Shown: positions 27,723-36,252 of the stretch, piece by piece
Position numbering within the stretch: the stretch's first letter is position 1
Layout of the letters: each line of letters starts with the position of its first letter
Assembly: GCA_030650415.1 (NCBI GenBank)
Contig: JAUSEG010000011.1
Location: 1,687-65,686, forward strand
DNA: 64,000 nucleotides
Direction: 5' to 3'
Source of the DNA: a bacterium
Lineage (GTDB): Bacteria > Patescibacteriota > Patescibacteriia > Patescibacteriales > GWC2-42-12
Made by a program: the position numbers and the translations under genes
The notes under the pieces: model-generated
Databases searched by the model: none
The model's input: the letters and a program-made list of their open reading frames with translations, nothing else
What the model was told of the DNA's origin: nothing

Positions 27723-27861
27723 TGTCATTGCGAGAAGTAAAATTCATTCGTCATTCTGGAGGGAGCGTCAGCGACCGATAGAATCTCATAATATAACATG
27801 AGATGCTATCGCTCCACTTCGTTCCGCTCCAGCATGACAAAAAAAGTCGCTCGCAATGACA
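27723..27861. repeat. Compound nested-palindrome repeat (outer tgtcattgcgag/ctcgcaatgaca, inner family A).
   Basis: Three concentric inverted-repeat pairs are read directly. The element is nearly identical to 31113-31259. Confidence 0.85.
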
Positions 27862-27871
27862 ATCATTATAT

Positions 27872-28816
27872 TTAATCTCCAAAATACTCCACCTCTTCTT
27901 CTAAATTTATTTTGTATTTATTCTTAACTTTTTTCTTAACTAAATTTATCAAGCTTAAAACATCTCTAACGCTGGCTCGACCGGTATTAATTATAAAATT
28001 AGCATGCTGGTCGCTGATTTTTGCCTCTCCCCTAGTCCGGCCTTTAAGGCCGAGCTGATCAATTAAATAAGCCGCCCCGATTTTACCGCCCCTGAATAAG
28101 CCTTTTTTTTCTAAATCCAGAGCCAGCTCACGGTTTTCTTTCAATATTTTTTTATATTCCAAGTTTTTAAAAATACAGCCGGCGCTCGGTTCTTTAGGGT
28201 TGGTTCGCGCCCGATTGGTTATATTCACTTTGGCTAAATTCTTAATTTCTGTTGCCTCGCCCGGGGTTAATTTTAAATTAACGCTAACAATCAGCAGATT
28301 TCTATTTTCCTTAAAAATGGAATGACGATAGCTAAAACCGCAGGCCTGATTATTTAATTTCACCAGTTCACCTTTAGCTTGATCATAAGCCTCGGCTTCG
28401 GCTACCTGCCCGGAAATATCACTGCCATAAGCCCCGGCATTGCCCCTAACCGCGCCGCCCAGGCTGCCGGGTATGCCGGCCGCCCACTCCAAGCCGATTA
28501 AACCCAAGCCATAAGTAACTTCGGCAAGTTTAGCTAAACCAATGCCGGCCCAAGCCGATATAATATTTTCGTTAACAGTATAATCTTCACCGGAAATCTT
28601 TATTACCAAGCCTTTTATTTTTTTCTTAATAATTAAAACATTGCTGCCGCCGGCTAAAAATAATAACGGCAATTTTTTATTTTTTGCCCAATTTATCGCC
28701 TCGATCAGTTCTTTTCTATTTTTTACCGCCACAAAAAACTCCGCTCGACCGCCGATTTTAAAAGTCGTCAAAGACGTTAAATTGTAATTTTTTTTAATAA
28801 TTTTTTCTATGGGCAT
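27872..28816 (-). CDS. murB: UDP-N-acetylenolpyruvoylglucosamine reductase.
   Basis: FKIGGRAEFFVAVKNRKELIEAINWAKNKKLPLLFLAGGSNVLI (FAD-binding). The start was moved to MPIEK to exclude the repeat-encoded extension. Confidence 0.85.
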   Translation of the reverse strand: MPIEKIIKKNYNLTSLTTFKIGGRAEFFVAVKNRKELIEAINWAKNKKLPLLFLAGGSNVLIIKKKIKGLVIKISGEDYTVNENIISAWAGIGLAKLAEVTYGLGLIGLEWAAGIPGSLGGAVRGNAGAYGSDISGQVAEAEAYDQAKGELVKLNNQACGFSYRHSIFKENRNLLIVSVNLKLTPGEATEIKNLAKVNITNRARTNPKEPSAGCIFKNLEYKKILKENRELALDLEKKGLFRGGKIGAAYLIDQLGLKGRTRGEAKISDQHANFIINTGRASVRDVLSLINLVKKKVKNKYKINLEEEVEYFGD

Positions 28817-28825
28817 ATTAATTAA

Positions 28826-29016
28826 GCTGTCATTGCGAGCCGCCCTTGTAATCAAGGCGGCGAAAAAATTGTCATTGCGGGCTTGACCCGCAATCCAGGT
28901 TTCAATTTCACAAATGACTTATATAATTATTAACCTTATAAACAAAACTATTTAGTTTTAAATCTGGATTCCGGCCTGCCTACCGGACAGGCAGGCTCGG
29001 AGGCCGGAATGACAAT
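28826..29016. repeat. Two adjacent palindromic modules (tgtcattgcgagccgcc.../ttgtcattgcgggcttgacccgcaatcc and ggattccggcc...ggccggaatgaca).
   Basis: Read directly. They share arms with the elements at 40672-40905 and 45165-45350. Confidence 0.75.
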
Positions 29017-29043
29017 AAGATCGGTTGCCTCAATGACAAAAAA

Positions 29044-29925
29044 CTACGGCAATAAAATTGAAATAACCGATAAAGAGGCTAAATCAATCTGCGGCTCGAT
29101 CGTGGCGCTTTGCCAAACCTCATTATTTTCTTTTATAACTTTCGTCACCCGGCCGATAACTAAGCCGCGCGGTATGTTCTGCTCCAGCCCGGAAGTCGCC
29201 ACTAAGTCGCCGGCCTTAATATTTTCGGTTTGGGGTATAAATTCCATTTTAATGGTTAGCCCCAACTCGCCGGCGGCTATGCCGGAGGTTTTTTCCTCGC
29301 CTAAGATAGCGGCCGCTAATTTGCAATTTTTATTGGTTACTAAATATATTTCAGAAAGATTATCTTTAACATTAACGATTTTACCGATAATAACGCCTTG
29401 GCTCGTCTCGCCCGAGCTTACGAAGCTGACTACCGCTAGACCGGCGAACAGGCCGTCTCTTAAGCCCTTATCAATTAATACCGACCGGCTGTCTGCCGGC
29501 TCGCCTTCGAGTTCGCCTCGAGAAATTATATTAGCCATTAAGTAACGCTTGCCGCTTTTTTCCAAAAAGTTTAATTGTTTCCTTAAGGCCAAGTTTTCTT
29601 CTTTTAAAAATTTCAACTCAACATTCTCGGCCGTTAAGCGATTTATCATAACGCCCGCTTCCTTTAACTTAGCCGCTAAATCAACCTTGGCGGTTTGATC
29701 AGAATAGGTCCGATTTAAGCCCGAACTCAAAGAATAAAATATTTTAAATACGGGATTGAGTCTCTTGGCTAAAAATGATTCCACCGGATTTAACAACTTA
29801 GCATAATGCAAAACCAACAGCAGCACAAGAGCTACTACAATATATACATATTTTTTCAAATTTATTCTCAACATACTATCTAATTTAATTGCCACATACC
29901 TAATTTTCAATTTACTAATTTTCAA
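29044..29925 (-). CDS. mreC: Rod shape-determining protein MreC.
   Basis: N-terminal TM, coiled-coil and C-terminal beta domain (GDLVATSGLEQNIPRGLVIGRV). It is immediately downstream of mreB. Confidence 0.8.
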   Translation of the reverse strand: MKISKLKIRYVAIKLDSMLRINLKKYVYIVVALVLLLVLHYAKLLNPVESFLAKRLNPVFKIFYSLSSGLNRTYSDQTAKVDLAAKLKEAGVMINRLTAENVELKFLKEENLALRKQLNFLEKSGKRYLMANIISRGELEGEPADSRSVLIDKGLRDGLFAGLAVVSFVSSGETSQGVIIGKIVNVKDNLSEIYLVTNKNCKLAAAILGEEKTSGIAAGELGLTIKMEFIPQTENIKAGDLVATSGLEQNIPRGLVIGRVTKVIKENNEVWQSATIEPQIDLASLSVISILLP

Positions 29926-30056
29926 TTTTCAAACAATGCTCTAATTTTTAATGATCAATTATCTCTACTTCGCCAAGCCTACGGAGGATAAGCAATTTTA
30001 AAATTTAATCATTGAAAATTCATTGAAAATTGATAATTGAAAATTAAAAATTATTT
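29880..30056. repeat. AT-rich MITE-like element, family C copy 2.
   Basis: aattttcaatttactaattttcaattttcaaacaatg...cattgaaaattcattgaaaattgataattgaaaatt. Confidence 0.7.
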
Positions 30057-31100
30057 TTAATATTCTTCCGTCGCCGGCGATAAAACTTTGGCTAAGAGCT
30101 CCGGATCCGAGAGCAAGATACCGGTGCCTCGAACCACGCAGGTTAGAGGATCTTCGGCCACTCTGACCGGAATTTTCGTGGCTTGGGCGATTTCTTTATC
30201 CAGTCCGCGAAGCAAGGCGCCGCCGCCGGTTAAGACTATGCCGTGCTCGTAAATATCGGAAACCAATTCCGGCGGCGTGGTCTCTAAAGTTATTTTAATG
30301 TTTTCTATAATCTGACGAATAATCCTCTGCATGGCTTCCCTGACCTGACTGTCGGTAATAATCACTTCCTTAGGCAGGCCGTTAATTAAATCTCGGCCTC
30401 TTAAGGGCATTTCTATCGACTCTTTTAAGGGCGCGGCCGAACCGATTTTAATTTTAATATTTTCCGCCACCTGCTCGCCGATTAAAATATTAAATTCTTC
30501 GCGCACATACTGAATAATGTCATTATCCAGGGCGTTACCGGCCAACCGTAAAGTTTTCCAGGTAACGACTCCGCCCAAAGAAATAACTGCTATCTCGGTC
30601 GTACCGCCTCCTATATCAACTACCATAGTGGCTTGGGGTCCGACAACATCTAAACGCGTACCGATAGCCGCGGCCATGGATTGCTCAATTAAAAATACCT
30701 CGCGCGCTCCGGCTGATTTAGCCGCGTCTTCAACCGCTTTCTTTTCCACTTCGGTGATATCCAGCGGGATGCCGATAATTACCCGGGGCCTCGGCACTAA
30801 AGTAAAATATTCGCTATGCACTTTATCAATGAAATATTTAAGCATTTTTTCCGTCACTTCAAAATCGGAAATTACGCCGTCGACTAAGGGCTTAATGGCT
30901 TGAATATGAGGCGGAGTTTTCCCTAACATCTTCTTCGCTTCATGGCCCACGCATAAAATTTCATCGGTGCGCAAATTAACCGCTACCACCGATGGTTCGT
31001 TAATAACAATCCCCTTTTCCGGGGTATAAACTAGGGTATTGGTCGTTCCCAAATCTATGCCCAAGTCTTTAGAAAATCTGCCAAAAAATTTATTTAACAT
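30057..31100 (-). CDS. mreB: Rod shape-determining actin homologue MreB.
   Basis: GIDLGTTNTLVY and DIGGGTTEIAV phosphate motifs. The start was moved to MLNKFF. Confidence 0.9.
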   Translation of the reverse strand: MLNKFFGRFSKDLGIDLGTTNTLVYTPEKGIVINEPSVVAVNLRTDEILCVGHEAKKMLGKTPPHIQAIKPLVDGVISDFEVTEKMLKYFIDKVHSEYFTLVPRPRVIIGIPLDITEVEKKAVEDAAKSAGAREVFLIEQSMAAAIGTRLDVVGPQATMVVDIGGGTTEIAVISLGGVVTWKTLRLAGNALDNDIIQYVREEFNILIGEQVAENIKIKIGSAAPLKESIEMPLRGRDLINGLPKEVIITDSQVREAMQRIIRQIIENIKITLETTPPELVSDIYEHGIVLTGGGALLRGLDKEIAQATKIPVRVAEDPLTCVVRGTGILLSDPELLAKVLSPATEEY

Positions 31101-31112
31101 TATATTTATTAT

Positions 31113-31259
31113 GTCATTGCGGGCTATTATTCTTTCTGTCATTCTGGAGGGAGCGCCAGCGACCGATAGAATCTCGCTGTAAACACTCTAACCATGAGAT
31201 GCTATCGCTTCACTTCGTTTCGCTCCAGCATGACAAGAAATTAGTCGCTCGCAATGACA
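31113..31259. repeat. Compound nested-palindrome repeat (family A inside tgtcattgcggg/ctcgcaatgaca).
   Basis: Read directly. Confidence 0.85.
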
Positions 31260-31368
31260 ATAAAAGCATTCTTTATTCTTTCAGTTTACTCTAAAATCAC
31301 CCAATCTGTCAAAAAAACGGCTGCTCCTTAAAAGCAACCGTTTTTCTGATATTTAAGCAGATTTTAAA

Positions 31369-32277
31369 TTATTTTTTCCATTTCTCCCAGGTTACCAATA
31401 ACGGCGGAGCGACGAAGATCGAAGAATATGTACCGAAAAAAATACCAACCGCTAAGGCCAGGGCAAAAGTCCTGATACTTGAACCGCCGAAAATAATAAT
31501 TGAAGTTAAAACCAGAAGCGTCGTCATACTAGTATTAACCGAACGCACCAAGGTTTGATTTAAACTCATATTAACCGTGCCTTCAAAGTCCAAATCGCTC
31601 TTCGGTAAATTTTCTCGAATCCGGTCAAACACCACGATGCTATCATGAACTGAATAACCGATAACGGTTAAAACCGCGGCCACAAAAGCTATGTTTATTT
31701 CCACATCGTAAAAATGACCTAGAATGGCGAACACGCCCATAGTAATCACCGCGTCATGAAACATGGCGATAATCGCCGCTAAACCATATTTCCAGGAAGC
31801 CACCGGGCGCGAAACTTTCCTAAAGGCGTAAGTTATATAGAGAGACATGGCGATTAGCGCAAAAAATAAAGCCCAAAGCGATTTAGCTTTTAATTCGGCG
31901 CCAATAGAAGGTCCGACTGATTCAAAGCGCAACTCTTCAATTGCATTATTTTTATCTGCAATCTTCGCCGCATCGGTTAATTTAGTTAAAATCGCCTGGT
32001 GAGTTTCTTCCGCCGTTTCCTGAAATCTTAAAAGCATGTCAATCTCGCCTACCGGTTGAATAATTAAACTACCTAATTTAAGGTCGGCTAGATCGGCTTC
32101 GGTTTGACTGACGGTCGGCCTTTGGCCAGCGAATCTTACTTCCAGTAAACTGCCGCCGGTAAAGTCAATACCGTATTTAAAACCCCAGACTAAGAGCGCG
32201 GCTAAAAAAACCACGAACAAAGCGCCGGAAATCGACAGCCAAATTTTTCTTTTTTGAATTATTTTGAAGTTAGTCAT
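31369..32277 (-). CDS. secF: Protein-export membrane protein SecF.
   Basis: The ~300 aa protein has a six-TM C-terminal region and an FDVEINIAFVAAVLTVIGYSVHDSIVVFDRIRE motif. Confidence 0.85.
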   Translation of the reverse strand: MTNFKIIQKRKIWLSISGALFVVFLAALLVWGFKYGIDFTGGSLLEVRFAGQRPTVSQTEADLADLKLGSLIIQPVGEIDMLLRFQETAEETHQAILTKLTDAAKIADKNNAIEELRFESVGPSIGAELKAKSLWALFFALIAMSLYITYAFRKVSRPVASWKYGLAAIIAMFHDAVITMGVFAILGHFYDVEINIAFVAAVLTVIGYSVHDSIVVFDRIRENLPKSDLDFEGTVNMSLNQTLVRSVNTSMTTLLVLTSIIIFGGSSIRTFALALAVGIFFGTYSSIFVAPPLLVTWEKWKK

Positions 32278-32280
32278 AAT

Positions 32281-32500
32281 TTTCTCTTTGTCATTCCCGC
32301 GCAGGCGGGAATCCAGGGGTTAGCAGTAAAAATATACTGCTTTCTCTAAACCCTACACAATATAAAAATTTTAAATTAGCGCACGCTCAGTAAAAATATT
32401 CCTACTTCTCCCTCCTGGATTCCCGACAGCCTTCGGCTTCGGGAATGACAGACTAAAAAAAGACCGCTTCGCTTCATTCCTCGCAATGACAAATTATCTT
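32281..32500. repeat. Composite family B element (tgtcattcccgcgcaggcgggaatccaggggttagcagtaaaaat...ctccctcctggattcccg...gggaatgaca...ctcgcaatgaca).
   Basis: Closely related to 42093-42320. Confidence 0.8.
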
Positions 32501-32528
32501 AATTTGCAATTTATAAAACTTTAAAAAA

Positions 32529-32837
32529 TTATTCAACAGGTAACTCTTTTACATTGTGATTTGGGCAATTGAAACGGATTGTGTCAACTATCATAACCTT
32601 TCCGTCCTCAATACCACCAACATCTGGTAAGTTGCCCAACTCCTGTTCTATATCTTTTTGCGTCAAATCACCATTTTTCAATTTTTCTAAAAGTCGATTT
32701 TTCGCCTGTTCTGCCACGCTCAACATTGCTGAAAGGCTAAGTTTTAATGCCATTGGAGGGAGTTTCTCTAAGATGCTATCTATGATGGGTGTGACTGAAG
32801 CAACCTGCTCTCCTCCTTCGTGTCCCATATTTTTCAT
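32529..32837 (-). CDS. Hypothetical 102 aa protein between secD and secF.
   Basis: An ORF only; it is not YajC-like (no TM segment). Confidence 0.25.
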   Translation of the reverse strand: MKNMGHEGGEQVASVTPIIDSILEKLPPMALKLSLSAMLSVAEQAKNRLLEKLKNGDLTQKDIEQELGNLPDVGGIEDGKVMIVDTIRFNCPNHNVKELPVE

Positions 32838-32861
32838 ATGATTTTTGATTAAAATAAATTA

Positions 32862-35051
32862 TTATTTATTCTCCCTCGCCTTCACCGACGTAATTAGGCC
32901 ATGGCGTTTTTCCAACCAGGCCGGCGGAATCAGACTCAAGAAATTTCTGGTGATAAAGATCGCGGTAAACATGGAAATTATAACGCCCAAGCCTAAAGTT
33001 ACCGCGAACCCCTTAACCGCGCTGGTAGTGAACATGATTAAAATTAGACAAATTATCAGAGTATTAAAATTACTATCCCTGATCGACGGCCAGGCGCGTT
33101 TAAAGGCTTCGTTTAAGGCCACGGACAATGGCTTGCCGGCTAAAATTTCTTCTCGTAGTCTCGCAAAAATTAAAATATTAGCGTCCACAGCCATGCCGAC
33201 CGAGACGATCGCTCCGGCTAGTCCGGCCAAAGTAAGAGTTACCGGCGCCAAACCGCCGATGAAATACAAAATAATATAGCTCAAGAATGCCAATAAGATA
33301 AACCAACTATTAACCGTAATACCGATGATTAAGAAAATGCCGACTAAGACCAGCGCTGCCATGGAAAAACCGATTTTAAATAAAGTAAATACCAATAAGC
33401 TATAAACTACCAGAGCCAAAACCGCCATTAATCCCGGTAATCTATAGAAGACAATCATGAATAAAGCGATTATTACAAAAGCGATTAAACCGGCGCGCAG
33501 GCTATCATCAACAGATTTTTGCCCTAGGCTTGGGCCAACGGTTTGCTGATTAACTAAGTTAATCGGTACGGGCAAAGCGCCGGCGTTTAGCCGTTGCGCG
33601 AGAAGCTTAGCTTCGGTAATGTTAAATTTTCCGGAAATTACCGCTTTACCGCCGCTAATTTTTTCATTAACATTCGGTATGCTGATGGCGTAGCCGTCTA
33701 AATAAATCGCCACCGGTTTATTAATATTGCGAGCCGTTATGGTTTCAAAAAATTTCGCGCCTTCATCGTCAAAAGCCAGAGAGACTTCGGGGGAACCATC
33801 TTGAGGATTAAACTCCACCGATGAGGTCTTTAAATTTCGACCGGTCAATTCAGTATTCTTCCATTCGCTTTGCACGCCGATAATATCCTGCTCGATTTTA
33901 GTCTTTATGAAAATATGGCTTAAATTAAATTCTTGAATTTTTCTTTCTTCCTGTTTATAAATTAAGTGCCAGCCGAATTCGGTTTCAACCGGGCCGGAAA
34001 TCGTACCCACCGCCTGTTTAAAGACTTCGTCTTCAAACGGCTTGACCATAGCGCCCAAACTGAACCAACCCAACTCGCCGCCCGAGTCTCGCGCGCCAGG
34101 TTCGGTGGAATTCTGCTTAATTAAATCTTTAAAATTTGCCGGCGTAGCCTCTAGTTTTAATTTATTGACTTTTGCCAAAGCTTCTTCTTTAGTAAAACCG
34201 CTTTCGCAACCGGTATTATCTTTAAAACAAATCAGAAGATGCGAAGCCTTTACTTCTTTTTCCGGCTGATTATTGAAAGGATTAATTTTTTCTCTCTTGC
34301 CTTCGACTTTAATAATTTCAAAACCGCCGTTAATACGCCCTAAATCGGCGCTCGATTTTCCTACGGCAATATTTTTCGCTAAATTATATATTCCCGGGTT
34401 ATCTTTTTCCGTAATCCAACCCAGACTTCCGCCGTTAGCTTTAGTTTTTTCATCTTCGCTATAAGCCGCAGCCAGGGCCTTAAAATCTCCGCCGGATATA
34501 ACTTTGCCTAAAACCTCGGTAGCGCGCGCTTCAGCCGCCTTATTATAATCATTCAACTCTTTAGTTTCCGCGTCAGTCATTTTCCTAATTTCTTTATTTT
34601 CTTCCTTAAATTCCAAGAGCGGAGTTTCGCCGATATTTTTAATCGCCTGCTTAATATCTTTAATACCGGCCAGTTCAACGATTATCCGGTAATCGCCGCC
34701 GGAAGTTCGGTTAATTTGCACATTAGGCTCGCTGACGCCAAAAATGTTTATTCTTCTTTCAATTACATCGCGAACGCCTTCAACCGCATTACCTTTATCG
34801 GCGGTTGCGATAGCGCTAACATCAGCCTGATAAGTTAATTGCGTACCGCCCTGAAGATCAAGCCCCAACCTAAAAGGCATTTCTTTAACTTTAGGGAAAG
34901 GCGCTTTAAATTTATCGACCGCTCGATTGTAATAAGATCCGAAATCAACCAGCGACGTCGCTAAAACCAGTAAAATAATACCAACAAAGGTCCACCAAAT
35001 CTTTCCACGGCTGGTGGGTTTTAATAATTTCTGTAAAATGTTGTCAGACAT
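32862..35051 (-). CDS. secD: Protein-export membrane protein SecD with two parvulin-type PPIase domains inserted in the periplasmic head domain.
   Basis: SecD N-terminus LGLDLQGGTQLTY; a C-terminal six-TM region; internal ...ANGGSLGWI... and ASHLLI...SGGELGWFSLGAMVKPFEDEVFKQAVGTISGPVETEFGWHLIYK parvulin signatures. Confidence 0.85.
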   Translation of the reverse strand: MSDNILQKLLKPTSRGKIWWTFVGIILLVLATSLVDFGSYYNRAVDKFKAPFPKVKEMPFRLGLDLQGGTQLTYQADVSAIATADKGNAVEGVRDVIERRINIFGVSEPNVQINRTSGGDYRIIVELAGIKDIKQAIKNIGETPLLEFKEENKEIRKMTDAETKELNDYNKAAEARATEVLGKVISGGDFKALAAAYSEDEKTKANGGSLGWITEKDNPGIYNLAKNIAVGKSSADLGRINGGFEIIKVEGKREKINPFNNQPEKEVKASHLLICFKDNTGCESGFTKEEALAKVNKLKLEATPANFKDLIKQNSTEPGARDSGGELGWFSLGAMVKPFEDEVFKQAVGTISGPVETEFGWHLIYKQEERKIQEFNLSHIFIKTKIEQDIIGVQSEWKNTELTGRNLKTSSVEFNPQDGSPEVSLAFDDEGAKFFETITARNINKPVAIYLDGYAISIPNVNEKISGGKAVISGKFNITEAKLLAQRLNAGALPVPINLVNQQTVGPSLGQKSVDDSLRAGLIAFVIIALFMIVFYRLPGLMAVLALVVYSLLVFTLFKIGFSMAALVLVGIFLIIGITVNSWFILLAFLSYIILYFIGGLAPVTLTLAGLAGAIVSVGMAVDANILIFARLREEILAGKPLSVALNEAFKRAWPSIRDSNFNTLIICLILIMFTTSAVKGFAVTLGLGVIISMFTAIFITRNFLSLIPPAWLEKRHGLITSVKARENK

Positions 35052-35226
35052 AAATTAATAACACCCCATCAGGGTGTAATATTTAAATGAAGTTGTAACT
35101 CTTTCTAATATTTTAAACTACTTTTCAGATAAAATCAAGTTCACCCCGTGAAATAATTTTGCTTATGCAAAATTAGCACCAAGCGCTATTTCATGGGGTA
35201 AAAATAAATGGCTAAGATTAAAAGAA

Positions 35227-35721
35227 TTATTTACCATTTTCCAGATAAACCGCGGTGTTATTCTCTAGCGCGGCCAAGCATTGGGGCAATCTCCGTTTTA
35301 ATTTATCATTCAATAGGGGCAACGCGTCATCAATTTTAATAAATCTATATTCAACAATTTCTTGGCCGTCCACTTTTATGTTTTTCATCTCGCTAGCGCT
35401 TAATTTCCCGCCAAAAAAGACAAACTGTAAATTTTCATTTTTTTCTTCTCTGGCTGGCGCATAATCAACACCCAAAAACTTTACATCAGCCAAACTAAGG
35501 CCAGTTTCCTCTTTAACTTCTCTAAGACAGGCGATTTTCGGCGATTCGTCTTTTTCAACCACTCCGCCGGGCAATGTCCAATGATCTTTATAACTCGCTT
35601 TAACAAATAAAATCTCACCGGTGTCGTTCATAATTATCGCGCCGGCGCCCATTCTTTTCTTCGGCAGATTTTTATAATAATCATTAGCCATATAATTTTC
35701 TCTTCGTCTCAAGCCACTCAT
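35227..35721 (-). CDS. Nudix hydrolase.
   Basis: Nudix box GGVVEKDESPKIACLREVKEETGL. Confidence 0.8.
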   Translation of the reverse strand: MSGLRRRENYMANDYYKNLPKKRMGAGAIIMNDTGEILFVKASYKDHWTLPGGVVEKDESPKIACLREVKEETGLSLADVKFLGVDYAPAREEKNENLQFVFFGGKLSASEMKNIKVDGQEIVEYRFIKIDDALPLLNDKLKRRLPQCLAALENNTAVYLENGK

Positions 35722-36184
35722 TGAATGCCTTATAAAATTTTCCGTTTATTTTAAGATCGGCGATAATCGCTTGCGGTGTTGAGATATGTTTAATATAGCT
35801 TAAACTTTCTTCCGGTGATAGAAATTTTATGCATTTAACTGCTATTTCAGTATCCGACTTTCCATCCCATTTATTAATCTTAAATGTACCATCCAATTTT
35901 TTATCCCAGGTAGCGTCAACGATTTTCCATTCTCCGTCAACGTTAATTTCAATATAAGTGTGAGAGGATTCGTCATCATGCGACACGCCTTGAATTTCCT
36001 TTGGCAAATTGAGATCGCTCCATCTGAATGTGCATAAGCGATATATTACGTCATATCCTCCCCGCTTTAATATCTTAAATAACTTTTCTGCTTTTCCAGT
36101 GCAACACTCATCCGGCTCTTCTAAAGAAAGAGGGATTCTGTACGGAATATCTCTAACTTTTTCGAATTCTTTAATGATACTCAT
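35684..36184 (-). CDS. Transglutaminase-like (Cys-His-Asp) domain protein.
   Basis: Cys in CTGKAEKLFKIL, His in SHTYIEINVDGEWKIVDATWD and an Asp downstream. Confidence 0.45.
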   Translation of the reverse strand: MSIIKEFEKVRDIPYRIPLSLEEPDECCTGKAEKLFKILKRGGYDVIYRLCTFRWSDLNLPKEIQGVSHDDESSHTYIEINVDGEWKIVDATWDKKLDGTFKINKWDGKSDTEIAVKCIKFLSPEESLSYIKHISTPQAIIADLKINGKFYKAFNEWLETKRKLYG

Positions 36185-36194
36185 ATTTCTACCG

Positions 36195-36238
36195 ATCCCT
36201 CCTGGATTCCCGCCTTCGCGGGAATGACAATAAAAGTA
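36195..36238. repeat. Single family B palindromic module (ctcctggattcccgccttcgcgggaatgaca).
   Basis: Read directly. Confidence 0.7.
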
Positions 36239-36252
36239 GTTATTTTCTTACT

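Noticed and set aside
29009-29545. 178-aa plus-strand ORF overlapping mreC
   Set aside because: It is fully antisense to a well-supported mreC, has no recognisable motifs, and starts within the palindromic repeat region.
32569-32841. 90-aa plus-strand ORF opposite the 102-aa hypothetical gene between secD and secF
   Set aside because: The two ORFs are mutually exclusive. The minus-strand one is co-oriented with the sec operon and was kept at low confidence, and the plus-strand one has Ser/Pro/Cys-rich low-complexity composition.
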